Assembly (NCBI GenBank): GCA_951406725.2
Contig: OX597832.1
Coordinates: 46,810,001 to 46,874,000 of the forward strand
Direction: 5' to 3'
DNA: 64,000 nt
Origin: Octopus vulgaris
Lineage: Eukaryota
The position numbers were made by a program, and so were the translations under genes. Position 1 is the first letter of the stretch, and each line of letters starts with the position of its first letter. This document shows positions 27,066-39,039 of the stretch, in pieces. Below the pieces are notes generated by a model, which was given only the letters and a program-made list of their open reading frames with translations, made no database searches and had not been told where the DNA came from.

Positions 27066-27481
27066 GGGATCTTTTCGGTTTGAACGGCAGTTTTTTTCTA
27101 GCGGTGTCATATGAAATTGTCACCCATAATTATGACTCTAGTATCGATCTATTGCATTTCAATCTGTTTTAGGATTAGGGTTAGGGTTAGGGTTAGGGGC
27201 GAGTGGAGGGGTATCTTTCTTCTTCACAAATGTAAATAAACCCAATCTGTTTCTTAAACGAGGGACATATTCATACGTCACAGAATGGTTTTTTACCTCA
27301 ATAGACGTCATTGATTGGTTGAAATTTCAGAAATTGTAGGAAAAAAACAACAAATATCTTACAAACGATAGAATTTTCTCAAAGATGTTTTATAAAAGCA
27401 TTCTACCAGTATACGAGGTTTAAAATTTTTTAGTTACCTAGAAATTATGTTAAAAACTGCCGTTCAAACCGAAAAGGTCCC
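27066..27481. mobile_element. MITE with 30-bp TIRs and internal (TTAGGG)n
   Basis: GGGATCTTTTCGGTTTGAACGGCAGTTTTT / AAAAACTGCCGTTCAAACCGAAAAGGTCCC (29/30); telomeric repeats at 27169-27198. Confidence 0.88.
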
Positions 27482-28176
27482 ATTTTTGTTGTTTCTAGGG
27501 AGAGTCATATAAAAAATCTCGCAAACCAGACTCTAAAAGAAAGTAGAATATGCTTTAACATTCTACCAGTTATAATTTTAAAGTATTAAATGCAGCAACG
27601 TAGAGTCAGTACAACTTACAACAAGCGAAAATTATTCAATCTTCTTCAGCGATTAAAACTATGTTGCGGTGTATTTTCCAATTCATAAATATAATTCTAA
27701 AAATATATGTTGTGCCGTTTGAACGTTTAGAATTATCTTATGTAGGGCATTATCTCAAAATGCTTGATCGATCCCAAAACATACGATGTGACACCTAACC
27801 AGCACTCTTACAAATGCCTGATCAATATCACTGTATAACAATGAAAAAGAAAAAAAAAACGGAAATGATAATAACCTTTTCTAAGAGACTTTTGTGAGTA
27901 GATCACGAATATAAAATCTGTTTCTTTCTGTGACACTCCAGTTTCTCGTAAATTACCATCGTATTTAGGTTAAATGCACTGATGGTTCCGTAATGCAAAC
28001 AGGATTGAGCAACTCTAAAAGCAACTGGCAACTCTAAAAGTTATGAACGGATTTTGATATAATTTTGACGGACTGTTTCTAAGGTATTTGTCAGTCTATC
28101 CTACGAAAATTATAAAAATACACTCAATATTTTTATAGTCATATGGGTCCAGGTCCGTGGCAAATCTGACAAGAAA

Positions 28177-29060
28177 CCACATCTCACCACTCAACACTGA
28201 ACTCAATGATCTAGTTCGTGGTGACCTAACATTTACTAAGCAACAGCATAAAAGCGGTTCTGTTGCACATTGGGAACACCATGCCTTCAGTTCCAATTGC
28301 TCACTCGCTTATTTTAAGAGAGATATATGAGAACCTCACTTTTATTCTAGACTGTATAAGTTACAAGGAGCATGATTGGCTGAAGTAGTAGCCCTATTTA
28401 ATGGGCTACAAACTGGATACACCAAGTTTACGTGCTTCCTTTGCAAGTAGGATAGTAGGGCCAGATCAGAACATTATGTACGCTCAGAATGGCCACTGCT
28501 GTAAACCATGACGAATGGATGCCATAATTTAAACCACGAGTCACTAGTTAAGAAGGAGAAAATCATTTTACCACCACTGCATATGAAACTAGGCCTAATG
28601 AAGCAATTTACCAAAGCACTGCAACATAAGCCATGTTTCCAGCACCTTAAGACAATCTTCCTTAAAATAAGTGATGCAAAGATTAAAGAGGGCAGATTCG
28701 TAGGCCCTCAGATTCGTCAGTTATAGCTGATGAGTATTTGAGGCGACGATAGATGAAACTGGGCTAGAGGCCTGGCGGCTATTCAAAGATGTATACAAAG
28801 GATTTGTAGGAAAGCACCAACTGGCCCAGCGAGACAGTATATTAGAGAGCCTAATCAATTGCTACCAAGTTTTCGGATGCAATATGTTACTGAAGATACA
28901 CTTTCCTCATTCTCATCTGTCCCAGAGAATGCAGGAGATGCGAGTGATGAACATAGAGAGAAGTTCCATCGAGATACTAGCGTCAATGGAAGGACAGGTA
29001 TAAGGGAAAATGGAGCCCAGATATGCTAACTGACTTCTGCTGGAACCTGAAGCGTGACAT
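28177..29060 (+). pseudogene. Decayed DNA transposase, Chapaev3/CMC-like (Transib/RAG1-related group)
   Basis: Successive motifs PHL..ELNDLVR, GLQTGYTKFTCFLCK*DSRA..HY...WP, IILPPLHMKLGLMKQF.KAL, KISDAKIKEGRFVGPQIRQL, GCNM.LKIHF.HSHL, SDEH.EKFH and ML.DFCWNLKRD, with stops and frameshifts. The superfamily label is from memory of the family. Confidence 0.85.
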
Positions 29061-29084
29061 GCCTGAGATGTCTTATTTAATACT

Positions 29085-29245
29085 TATTTGGTACTTATTT
29101 TATTTTATTTGGTACTTATTCTATTGACCATGAAAAGATGAAAAGGAAAGTCAGCGGAATTTGAACTCAGAACGTAAAGACGGACAAAACGCCGCTAAGC
29201 ACCTTTCACGACGTAGTAACGATCCTGTCACCTCACCGCCTTCCA
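29085..29245 (-). mobile_element. SINE family B, degenerate
   Basis: CGGAATTTGAACTCAGAACGTAAAGACGGAC. Confidence 0.75.
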
Positions 29246-30344
29246 AAGTTAATAAAGTATTACCAGTGATATACTAGACTCAAGGCCAATCAACTAAACT
29301 TTCTCTTATAAACGTAATGTAACTTTCTAATAGTGTTATAAATCATTGTCACCTTTAAATGTCGATGTTTTTATTATTTTCCAGCCATCATGTTACAACT
29401 TGCACGATTTGCAATCAAGTATTTTTTTTCTTTGTCTTTTGAAATGTCAATCTAAATCCTTAATACAATTAACCTCTTAAACTAATTAAGTCTTGATGTT
29501 GAATGACTGAAAACTTTTTGTCTTTTCTTTCGAACACTAATCCAAATATGTTGTTATTCTGGTGCGAAATCCAATAATGATTAAAAAACACGAGCAACAT
29601 ACAATCATTTACACCCTTAAATTTCACGGATTTTTTTTTTTAGCTGACATTCAAATAATCCGTATTTTTTTTTCTTTACTTCAAATATGATTGAGATTTA
29701 ATATGCCTCGTTAAAAGAATATATAAGTTTCGAAAAGTTTTACTGCATTACTGACTCGGCATTATACCAGATTAGAAATTCGATAACAAAAATGATTAGC
29801 CACTGCACTACATATGTCTGCATTATGTATTTCAAATGTGTATGTGACTAACACAAGTGAAACACTTATGCTACTTGCGAATTAGCTGAGTCGTTACAGG
29901 GCAAGGCAAAATGTTTTGGAGTATTTGTTCCGGTTCCCTGCGCTCTGATTCGGACCTTACCGGTTTCCACCTTGCGATCCGTGCTGAACCTAACGATCCA
30001 GACCTACAGATTGACAGAATTGTTAGAGTATTGGATGCGATTTCTTGGAATATTTCTTCTGGATTTTTGCTTTTTCAGTTCTTGGACAGTAGAATTAATC
30101 AATTGCCGAATTTAATTGCAAAAAATTATATTTGGGTGCATTTATGAGCAGCTCAGTTTGTTTCAAGGTGTTGGGACAGATATTCGGTGCGAGAGTAATA
30201 CGTTTCCGTCCCTGTACCGATAACGGAGACTCTAAAGAAGAAAAACACGAATCTGTAAAAAGATTTTCGTTTAACTGGGTGTATTCCTACAATTTGTAAG
30301 CAATAATTTGCTTTCAGAGATATTCAACTCTAAAAAACAACAAA

Positions 30345-30587
30345 CATGCAGCCTTTTCAAAGCCTAGCCAGGCTCATGGGCCCGGTTTCAATGGCGTATG
30401 TGTTCCCCAGCTGGACAGGACGCCTGTCCATTGCTGTGTTACTCATTTTTGCCAGCTGAGTGGACTGGAGCAACGTGAAATGAAGTGTTTTGCTCAAGAA
30501 CACAACACGTCGCCCGGTCCAGGAATCGAAACCACAATCTTATGATCATGATGCTGACACCCTAACCACTAAGCCACGTGTCTCCAC
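30345..30587 (-). mobile_element. tRNA-derived SINE family D
   Basis: Reverse complement GTGGCTTAGTGGTTAGGG...GGTTTCGATTCCTGGACCGGGCG head; tail GGACAGGCGTCCTGTCCAGCTGGGGAAC...GAAACCGGGCCCATGAGCC. Confidence 0.85.
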
Positions 30588-30739
30588 CAAAAAACAAAAA
30601 ACATGGTTGACAACTCTACAAATGATGAAGAAACAACCTTTCCAAATATCTAAACGATATATATAGATATATATAGTAATCGACCAAGACTCTTAAAGCC
30701 AACAAATGAAAGAAAGGGATTATTTTATGTTTTTTAGAT

Positions 30740-30966
30740 ATCAGACTAACACACACATATTCCAGACATTCGCTAACAGCTGTTTCAGAAGCATCCTTAA
30801 CATCAAGTGGCCAGAGGACGTCTCCAATGAACAACTGTGGGACAGGACAAGACAAGCCCCAATCCAGACAGATATCAAGAAACGAAAATGGGGATGGATA
30901 GGCCACAGGCTACAAAAGCATGCCCTAAATGTCACCAAGCAGGCCCTTGACTGGAACCCACAGGGG
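30740..30966 (+). mobile_element. RTE-clade LINE reverse transcriptase C-terminal fragment
   Basis: FQTFANSCFRSILNIKWPEDVSNEQLWDRTRQAPIQTDIKKRKWGWIGH...TKQALDWNPQG, a typical RTE C-terminal signature. A degenerate minus-strand SINE B follows at 30970-31115. Confidence 0.9.
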
Positions 30967-31125
30967 GGGTATTCGGCTTGTATTGATTTTAATTACGCTG
31001 AAAGAATGAAAGACAGAATCGATGTCGGCGAGTTTTGAGCTCAGAACGTAAAGAGTTGGAAGGAATGCCATTAAGTATTTTGTTCGACACGCTAAAGATC
31101 CTGCCACTTCGCCGACTTAATAGCG

Positions 31126-31183
31126 GAAGAAGAAGAAGAAGAAGAAGAAGAAGAAGAAGAAGAAGAAGAAGAAGAAGAAGAAG

Positions 31184-31214
<31 letters not shown>

Positions 31215-31378
31215 GCAACAACAACAACAGCAACAACAACAACGATGACGACGGTAACAACAAAATCAACAGTAACAACAAAGCGAAGAAGAAGAAGAAG
31301 AAGAAGAAGAAGAAGAAGAAGAAGAAGAAGAAGAAGAAGAAGAAGAAGAAGAAGAAGAAGGAGACAAAGAAGAAGAAT
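31126..31378. repeat. (GAA)n/(CAA)n compound microsatellite
   Basis: Seen directly. Confidence 0.95.
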
Positions 31379-32220
31379 CTGTTATTTCTAATCATAGTTT
31401 GTCTTTCCGTTATTTTTACAAATGGATTATAAATATTTTATCTAAAATTAAGTTTCGTTGCAAAAGTTTTCCAATTCCGTGTAAAATTCTCCAGATAATA
31501 TAGAAACAAAGAGAGAAATCAAAGAAAGCCAACAGAACTGATTACAACCAAATAAATATGTATCTGCATTGATGTTTTCCTTAAATCCTTTCATGTAGAC
31601 TGCAAAATAAGAAGGAAGGGAAAAAAATGAAGAGAGAAATCATACAGTTGTTTTACTTTTCTCTTCATTTATGTTCAAAATATTACATTTGATTTCTAGT
31701 TATATAAATAACAAAAGAACAGAACATTTGGCTTCGGTTTTTCTTTATTTATTTATTCAATGGTTTATGTTTTATTTTTGTCAATGTTTTCGTTAATTTA
31801 TTATTATTATTTTTTTTTAAAGCTATGTCTTTAAAATTATGGGATTGATTTGAACAGAAATAGATCGGAATTTATAATCTCTTTTCAAATCTTAAGTGAC
31901 TAAGTTTATATATTTTATATCAGGCCTTTCTCTAAGCAGAGTTCAGAGATTCTGTTTATAAAAAAACAAAACAAAACCTGATTCCGGTTTATTATTCTGA
32001 CGTTTGTTTGTTGCTGCCGTTGTTTCTTTAGTGATGCTTAGAGGCTGAGGTTAAGTAGAGGTGGTTTCGGTCAGTAAATGAAATTATTATCGTTGCTAAT
32101 AGTGACGTTATTGCTGAATCTTCTGCATTTCCATTTGTGGAAATCGAACATATAATAGCTGCATGGGTGAGGGCATATTAGCGACAATTGTTATAGTGAT
32201 GATAATAATTCCTTCTATTA

Positions 32221-32388
32221 TCGGTATAAGGGCCGATGCGTACCTGGTACTTATTTTATCGTCCCCGGAAAGTAGAAAGGCAAAGTTGAGTACGGCGGAA
32301 TTTGAACGCAGAACGTAAGGGCGGACGAAATGCAGCTAAGTATTATGCCCGGCGTGCTAACGATTCTGCCAGTTCGCCGCCTATGTAA
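32221..32388 (-). mobile_element. SINE family B with a target-site duplication of about 20 bp
   Basis: Flanked by TGATGATAATAATTCCTTCTATT and TGATGATAATAATCCTTTCTATT. Confidence 0.8.
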
Positions 32389-32455
32389 TGATGATAATAA
32401 TCCTTTCTATTGGGTTGTCCGGAAAGTTCTATTTATCTATCTATCTATCTATCTA

Positions 32456-32495
<40 letters not shown>

Positions 32496-33759
32496 CACAC
32501 ATTCATATATAGATATTTATATATCTATGTATGTATGTATGTATATATGTATGTATATCTACTTATACATGCATGCTTGCATGCGTGTGTGTATACTTTA
32601 AGAAAGAAAGACAGAAAGAAAGAAACGAATGAAGGAGGAAAGAAAGAAAGCCCGGAGAAAAGAGTTAAGATTTCTCAAGACATTTGATATTAAATTTTCA
32701 GAAGAGTAAATAAATAAATAAATAAATAAATATGTATATTTTCAATGATTTCTGAAATTACCTTAGCATTAGCAAAGATGAAAGTGTTACCTATATTTAG
32801 ACTGTAATAATTAATCTTTTAAGCGGGAAATTAAATTTTTGCTATTTAAGGATTAATGAGCGGATTTCTTTCAGTTTCTCAACATGATATATTTACGATG
32901 CTACTATTTCTGGCATCTTAAAACACTCTACGGTTTGGACTTTACGTTTAATTCCTAATCCGTATGCAAGTACAGAGGCATCTATCAATGCAACCTCCCG
33001 CTTTGATTCGATATATTTTATGTTGTTGTTGTTGGTGGTGTTATTTAGCCTCCTTTTGAGTTTTAATTGAGTATCAATATGATCAAAAGATCTTCCGTAG
33101 TTATCGTAGCCTTATCTATTTCTAGACATCATGTATTGTGAATTATATTAGCTTATGCGACCATTAACTCTTAGCTATTTATTGTGTATACAGTCTAGAA
33201 CTCAGCTAGAATGTTTTGTTTGTTTTCATAAGAGTGCATGAGCTGATGTCAAACAATATGGCGTTTCTATTTTTGACGGTCGGGATTAATTTATCGCGCT
33301 GCTATGATTATTAGGTCAAACGACAGCTGTGTTGAATGGCTTGTGTGTATAATATTATTACATGAATGAATGCTAGTTTCAAAGTTGGTACAGAGTTATA
33401 TCGTTGAAGCTTGTGTGAGAAGTCTACATAGTAATCTTATTATTTGTATTAATATTCATACTTTTAAAGATATATAGATAATTTATATTATTAGGATCGC
33501 GTATGTGTGTCTGTGTTTGTGTGTTTCTCTGAATATGTATTTATATCTTCAGACTATGGATATGAACACACACACACACACAAACACATGCACATAGGAT
33601 CAAAGGCCCTTCACAAGACCTTGTTTCTATGGCGCATGTTTTACCCCCATCCCATCCTGGAGAGGATCCGGTTCCTCACAGTATATACATACACATATAT
33701 ATACTATTTATATATTTATATGCATTTATAAGCATATAAATAATATATATATGGTATAT

Positions 33760-34097
33760 ATGTTTCTTTTTGTGGAAAAGCCTAGGCTCGGAACGTAAAA
33801 TACTTTCTCACTTCCTAAGCGCTAAACTAACACATCTGTTTGTTGTTTACACACCCGTCTTTGTATTTTGTTTTGTTCTTTGTAAATACCAACTATATAT
33901 ACATATGATAGATCGGTAGCCACTACACACATTTTTTTCTCTCCTTGTTTTTCTCCTTCTTTCTGTCTGTGTTCCTTTCTGTGGAAGAGCGTAGGCTCGA
34001 AACGTTAAAGACTTTTTCAATTCCCGAGCGTTATACTAATGCATCTGTTTGTTTTCTACACCACGTGTCTTCGTCTTTTGTTTTTTTCATGAATTCT

Positions 34098-34100
<3 letters not shown>
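33760..34100 (+). mobile_element. Partial tandem pair of (TA)n-embedded hammerhead elements, family H3; intact fold at 33975-34010
   Basis: CTTT-CTGTGGA-A-GAGC gtag GCTC-GAAACGTT-AAAG; decayed upstream copy at about 33765-33800 with the same downstream sequence. Confidence 0.65.
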
Positions 34101-34169
<69 letters not shown>

Positions 34170-34316
34170 TGTGACTATATATAAATATATACATATGTGT
34201 GTGTGTGTATAATCAGATTGTTAGACAGACAAACAGTCAGAAAGACAGGCAGACAGATATATATATATATATGTAGATAGATAGAAACTATAGTACGCAT
34301 CATTATTGATGCTTCG

Positions 34317-34389
<73 letters not shown>

Positions 34390-34992
34390 TCTGGGTAAAC
34401 AAGTGTGTAATGAAATCCTAATACTGCCATTTCATACTCGCATCAGTTGCGGCTTTCGAAGTTTTTGATACCAGCTTGAATCGCACGTAAAAAAAAAAGC
34501 GCCATTATATATAAAACAAATATACACAAATTTCTAAAAAAGATAATTTATTAGGAACGCTTCGGATTAAGATACATAACGGGATGGTCGGCTGCTGCCG
34601 TCATTAGAAAATTAAAGGATTGAAACGGAATGTTTTACTATCGAAAGTGTATTTTCGTTTCTGCATTTGACATCAATTTTATAATTAAGAATGAATTCAA
34701 TTGCTCTGAGGGGCGGAGAATCTCTGGAGAAAGTTCTAAATTTAGAAATATAATGTGATTATTATTTTATTCTTTTAAATCGTCTTCGTCTTCAATACTT
34801 ATTTTCAAATTCTTTGATGAACGTTAAAAGACATTAATTCAAACACTTTATGATTAACTGAAATATCGCTGTTTTCTATATATAAATATATTTATTCCTT
34901 TCAAATTTCGTAATATTTCTATCGTTGTATAGGAATGCGACTCATTAAGAAACATAGATGATTTTGTATGTGTGTTCGTGAATGTGTGTGTA

Positions 34993-35026
<34 letters not shown>

Positions 35027-35155
35027 TCGTCCTCTCTAAAATATAGGCTTATTTCATGTGAGTTATAATGAATATATTCCTAACCATGCAGATGTATACC
35101 ATCATACGCATATGTATGTGTGCGTGTGTACCAATGCCTATCTATATATGTAAGG

Positions 35156-35544
35156 TGGAGGCGCAATGGCCCAGTGGTTAGGGCAGCGGACTCGCGGTCG
35201 TAGGATCGCGGTTTCGATTCTCAGACCGGGCGTTGTGACTGTTTATTGAGCGAAAACACCTAAAGCTCCACGAGGCTCCGGCAGGGGATGGTGGTGATCC
35301 CTGCTGTACTCTTTCGCCACAAATTTCTCTCACTCTTACTCCCTGTTTCTGTTGTACCTGTATTTTCAAAGGGCCAGCCTTGTCACTCTCTGTGTCACGC
35401 TGAATATCTCCGAGAACTACGTTAAGGGTACACGTGTCTGTGGAGTGCTCAGCCACTTACACGTTAATTTCACGAGCAGGCTGTTCCGTTGATCGGATCA
35501 ACCGGAACCCTCGTCGCCGTAAACGACGGAGTGCTTCCTCCTCC
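35156..35544 (+). mobile_element. SINE family C, full length, tail type 1, 12-bp TSD
   Basis: A box TGGCCCAGTGG, B box GTTTCGATTC; TSD ATATATGTAAGG at 35144-35155 and 35545-35556. Confidence 0.92.
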
Positions 35545-35559
35545 ATATATGTAAGGAAA

Positions 35560-36158
35560 GGCGGCGAGCTGGCAGAAACGTTAGCGCGCCGGGCGAAATG
35601 CTTAGCGGTATTTCGTCTGTCGTTACGTTCTGAGTTCAAATTCCGCCGCGGTCGACTTTGCCTTTCATCCTTTCGGGGTCGATAAATAAATTACCAGTTT
35701 CGCCCTGGGGTCGATGTAATCGACTTAATACCTATGTCTGTCCTTGTTTGTCCCCTCTGTGTTTGGCCCCTTGTGGGCAATAAAGAAATAGGTATTTCGT
35801 CTGTCGTTACGTTCTGAGTTCAAATTCCGCCGCGGTCGACTTTGCCTTTCATCCTTTCGGGGTCGATAAATAAATTACCAGTTTCGCACTGGGGTCTATG
35901 TAATCGACTTAATCCGTTTGTCTGTCTTTGTTTGTTCCCTCTATGTTTAGCCCCTTGTGGGCAGTAAAGAAATAGGTATTTCGTCTGTCGTTACGTTCTG
36001 AGTTCAAATTCCGCCGCGGTCGACTTTGCCTTTCATCCTTTCGGGGTCGATAAATAAATTACCAGTTTCGCACTGGGGTCGATGTAATCGACTTAACCCG
36101 TTTGTCTGTCTTTGTTTGTTCCGTCTATGTCAAGCTCCTTGTGGGCAGTAAACAAATA
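35560..36158 (+). mobile_element. SINE family B head plus three tandem 184-bp units within one TSD
   Basis: Units start at GGTATTTCGTCTG at 35607, 35791 and 35975; flanks ATATATGTAAGGAAAG and ATATACGTAAGGAAAG. Confidence 0.92.
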
Positions 36159-36744
36159 TATATACGTAAGGAAAGTCAGTATGTTAGAAAGAGATTAAGA
36201 GAAATTCTGTGAGCGAGATTAGGTGGGGAGAATGAGCGAAAAGTATCTGAAATTACAAAAAGAAATAGAAAAAAAACAATAGCACCAGGGCATACCGGCT
36301 AATGTGTCCCACAGCCATCTTTTAACCTTACCTCACACATACATAGATTTGGTGTATATGAACATTCTAGAACAAAAAGAGAATGACTTGTAAAATTATC
36401 AAAACAAAATGTCCACAGCATTCCTATCACATATTTTAAATTAACCCATTATTTTTATTAATGAGGACGCTTTCTTTCCGTTGACTCATTTCCCCTCCAA
36501 ATTTCTTTACTCGTTTACTCTTTTACTTGTTTCAGTCGTTTGACTGCGGCCAATGTGGGAGCATCGCCTTTCTATATATTTTCCTTTTGTCATTTTATTT
36601 TTGTTTCGTTATTGCTTCCTCCCTTTCTTTGATACATTGTTCTGCTTATATAATTTGTTACAATCACATACATGTGTATCTTTTATTGAGACGAGCGAGC
36701 ACAAGGTAATTTTAGACGTTAGTGGACGCTCTCTCTCTTTCTCG

Positions 36745-36801
<57 letters not shown>

Positions 36802-37332
36802 GGCACAGGAGTGTGGCTGTGTGGTAAGAATATTGCTTCCCAACCACATAATTCCGGGTTCAGTCCTACTGCATAGTGCCTTGGACAAGTGTCTTCTACT
36901 ATAACCTCGCGTCCACCAAAGCCTTGTGAGTGGATTTGGTAGACAAAAACTGAAAGAAGCCCGTCATATATATATATATATATATAGAAGGCCGTCGTAT
37001 ATATATGTGTGTGTGTGTGTGTGTGGAGGCGCAATGGTCCAGTGGTTACGGTAGCAGACTCATGGTCGTAGGGTCGCGGTTTCGATTCCCAGACCGGACG
37101 TTGTGAGTGTTTAATGATCCAGAACATCTAAATGCTCCTCGAGTCTCCGGCAAGGGGTGGTGGTGATCCCTGCTGTACTCTTTCACCACAACTTTCCCCC
37201 ACTCTTTCCTCTGTTGGCCTGCTCGCTTAGCCAGCGGGGTGGCGTCATTGAAGGCTAAAACAATGCGAAGCGCATTGTGACCAGCGATGTATAGCAACAT
37301 CTGATGGCCTGGTCGGTCATGTGGTGAAACGA
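36802..37332 (+). mobile_element. SINE A 5' half (36802-37023) followed, at its internal (TG)n, by SINE C with tail type 2 (37024-37332)
   Basis: Family A head, then GGAGGCGCAATGGTCCAGTGG head and a distinct tail CCTCTGTTGGCCTGCTCGC...GGTCGGTCATGTG. Confidence 0.85.
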
Positions 37333-37467
37333 TATATATATATCTTGTGCAGTGCAAGTTTGCTGTCCAAACTGCACTTTTAATTACAAGTGAGACGTGA
37401 TCTACTATTAAGAGGGTAAAATATCAATTGGCTACGACACAAAGGGCCATAGAAAGATCCAGACTCA

Positions 37468-37639
37468 GAGTGGCTGTGTGGTAAGTAGCTTGCTTACCAG
37501 CCACATGGTTCTAGGTTCAGTCCCACTGCGTGGCACCTTGGGCAAGTGTCTTCTACTATAGCCTCAAGCCGACCAAAGACTTTTGAGTTGATTTGGTAGA
37601 TGGAAACTGAAAGAAGCCCGTCGTATATATGTATATGTC

Positions 37640-37687
<48 letters not shown>

Positions 37688-37900
37688 TGTGTGTCTGTTT
37701 GTTCCCCCAATATCGATCGCTTGACAACCGATGCTGGTGCGTTTAAGTCCCCGTAACTTAGCGGTTCGGCAAAGAAGAACGATAGAATAAGTACTAGGCT
37801 TACAAAGAATTAGTCCTGGGGTCGATTTACTCGACGACTAAAAGCGGTGCTCCAGCATGACCGCAGTCAAATGACTGAAACAAGTAAAAGAAACTAAAAG
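37468..37900 (+). mobile_element. SINE family A
   Basis: Family A head, body and tail. Confidence 0.9.
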
Positions 37901-39039
37901 ACATATATATCTGACATTATTTCGTAGAAAAAAAATCTCATTACATAGATTTCGGAGGTTATTGTTAAATAACTATCTACCATCTGAAAAATATTCTGCA
38001 TTTATAATTAGCTGAAGTTTTCATTGAAAATTCATAACTTCGATATTAACTATTGACTTCATAAGATGAATATAGAAACATATTATTGATGTCTATCTTC
38101 CGCTTTCTTTTCCTCCGTCTACATTGCTTTGTCTTTTTGGTTTTTTTTTTTAGCCTGCTAAAAGAAAAGAGAGAAAAACATGTCCACGCAAATTTTTTTA
38201 ATGCATAATGAATGTGAAATATATCTTGAAGGAAAGTTAGCTGATAAACAATCATCTTAAGAATTTTTTATCAATTAAAAGCAAAAATAAAAATGTAAAT
38301 ATATTCTAAAGAAAACTTCATGGGAATTTTTTCTTTAAAAAAAAAAATATATATATATGTATATAAATATAGATTCATTTCACTTCGTTTCTCTAAACTG
38401 TATTAGAAATTTAATTTACAGCAGAGGAATACCCAAAATTATTTGAAAACTTCTAATTGTCATATCTTGGTACATTTTAACCATTTTAATCTTTAAATAA
38501 TAGAGTGATCAATATAAAACGATTTTCATAAAGAGTGATGCTTACAAGTAAATGTCGTACATACATACATGCATACATACTTACATACATACTTACATAC
38601 ATGCATACATACATACATACATATATACATACATACATACTTACATACATACATATATACATACATACATATATACATACATACATACATACTTACATAC
38701 ATGCATACATACATACTTACATACATGCATACATACATACATATTTACATACATACTTACATACATACATACATATATACATACATACATACATACATAC
38801 TTACATAAATACATACATACATACATACATACATGCATACATACATACTTACATACATGCATACATACATACATATATATACATACATACTTACATACAT
38901 ACATACATATATACTTACATACATACTTACATAAATACATACATGCATACATACATACATACATACATACATACATACATACATGCATACATACATATAT
39001 ACATACATATATGCATGCATGCATACATACATTATACTT

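Noticed and set aside
27169-27198. TTAGGG tract as a chromosome end or fusion scar
   Set aside because: It is short and lies inside a TIR-bounded element.
35607-36158. Regularly spaced repeats resembling a CRISPR array
   Set aside because: The units are contiguous 184-bp SINE segments with no unique spacers and no cas genes, in a eukaryotic context.
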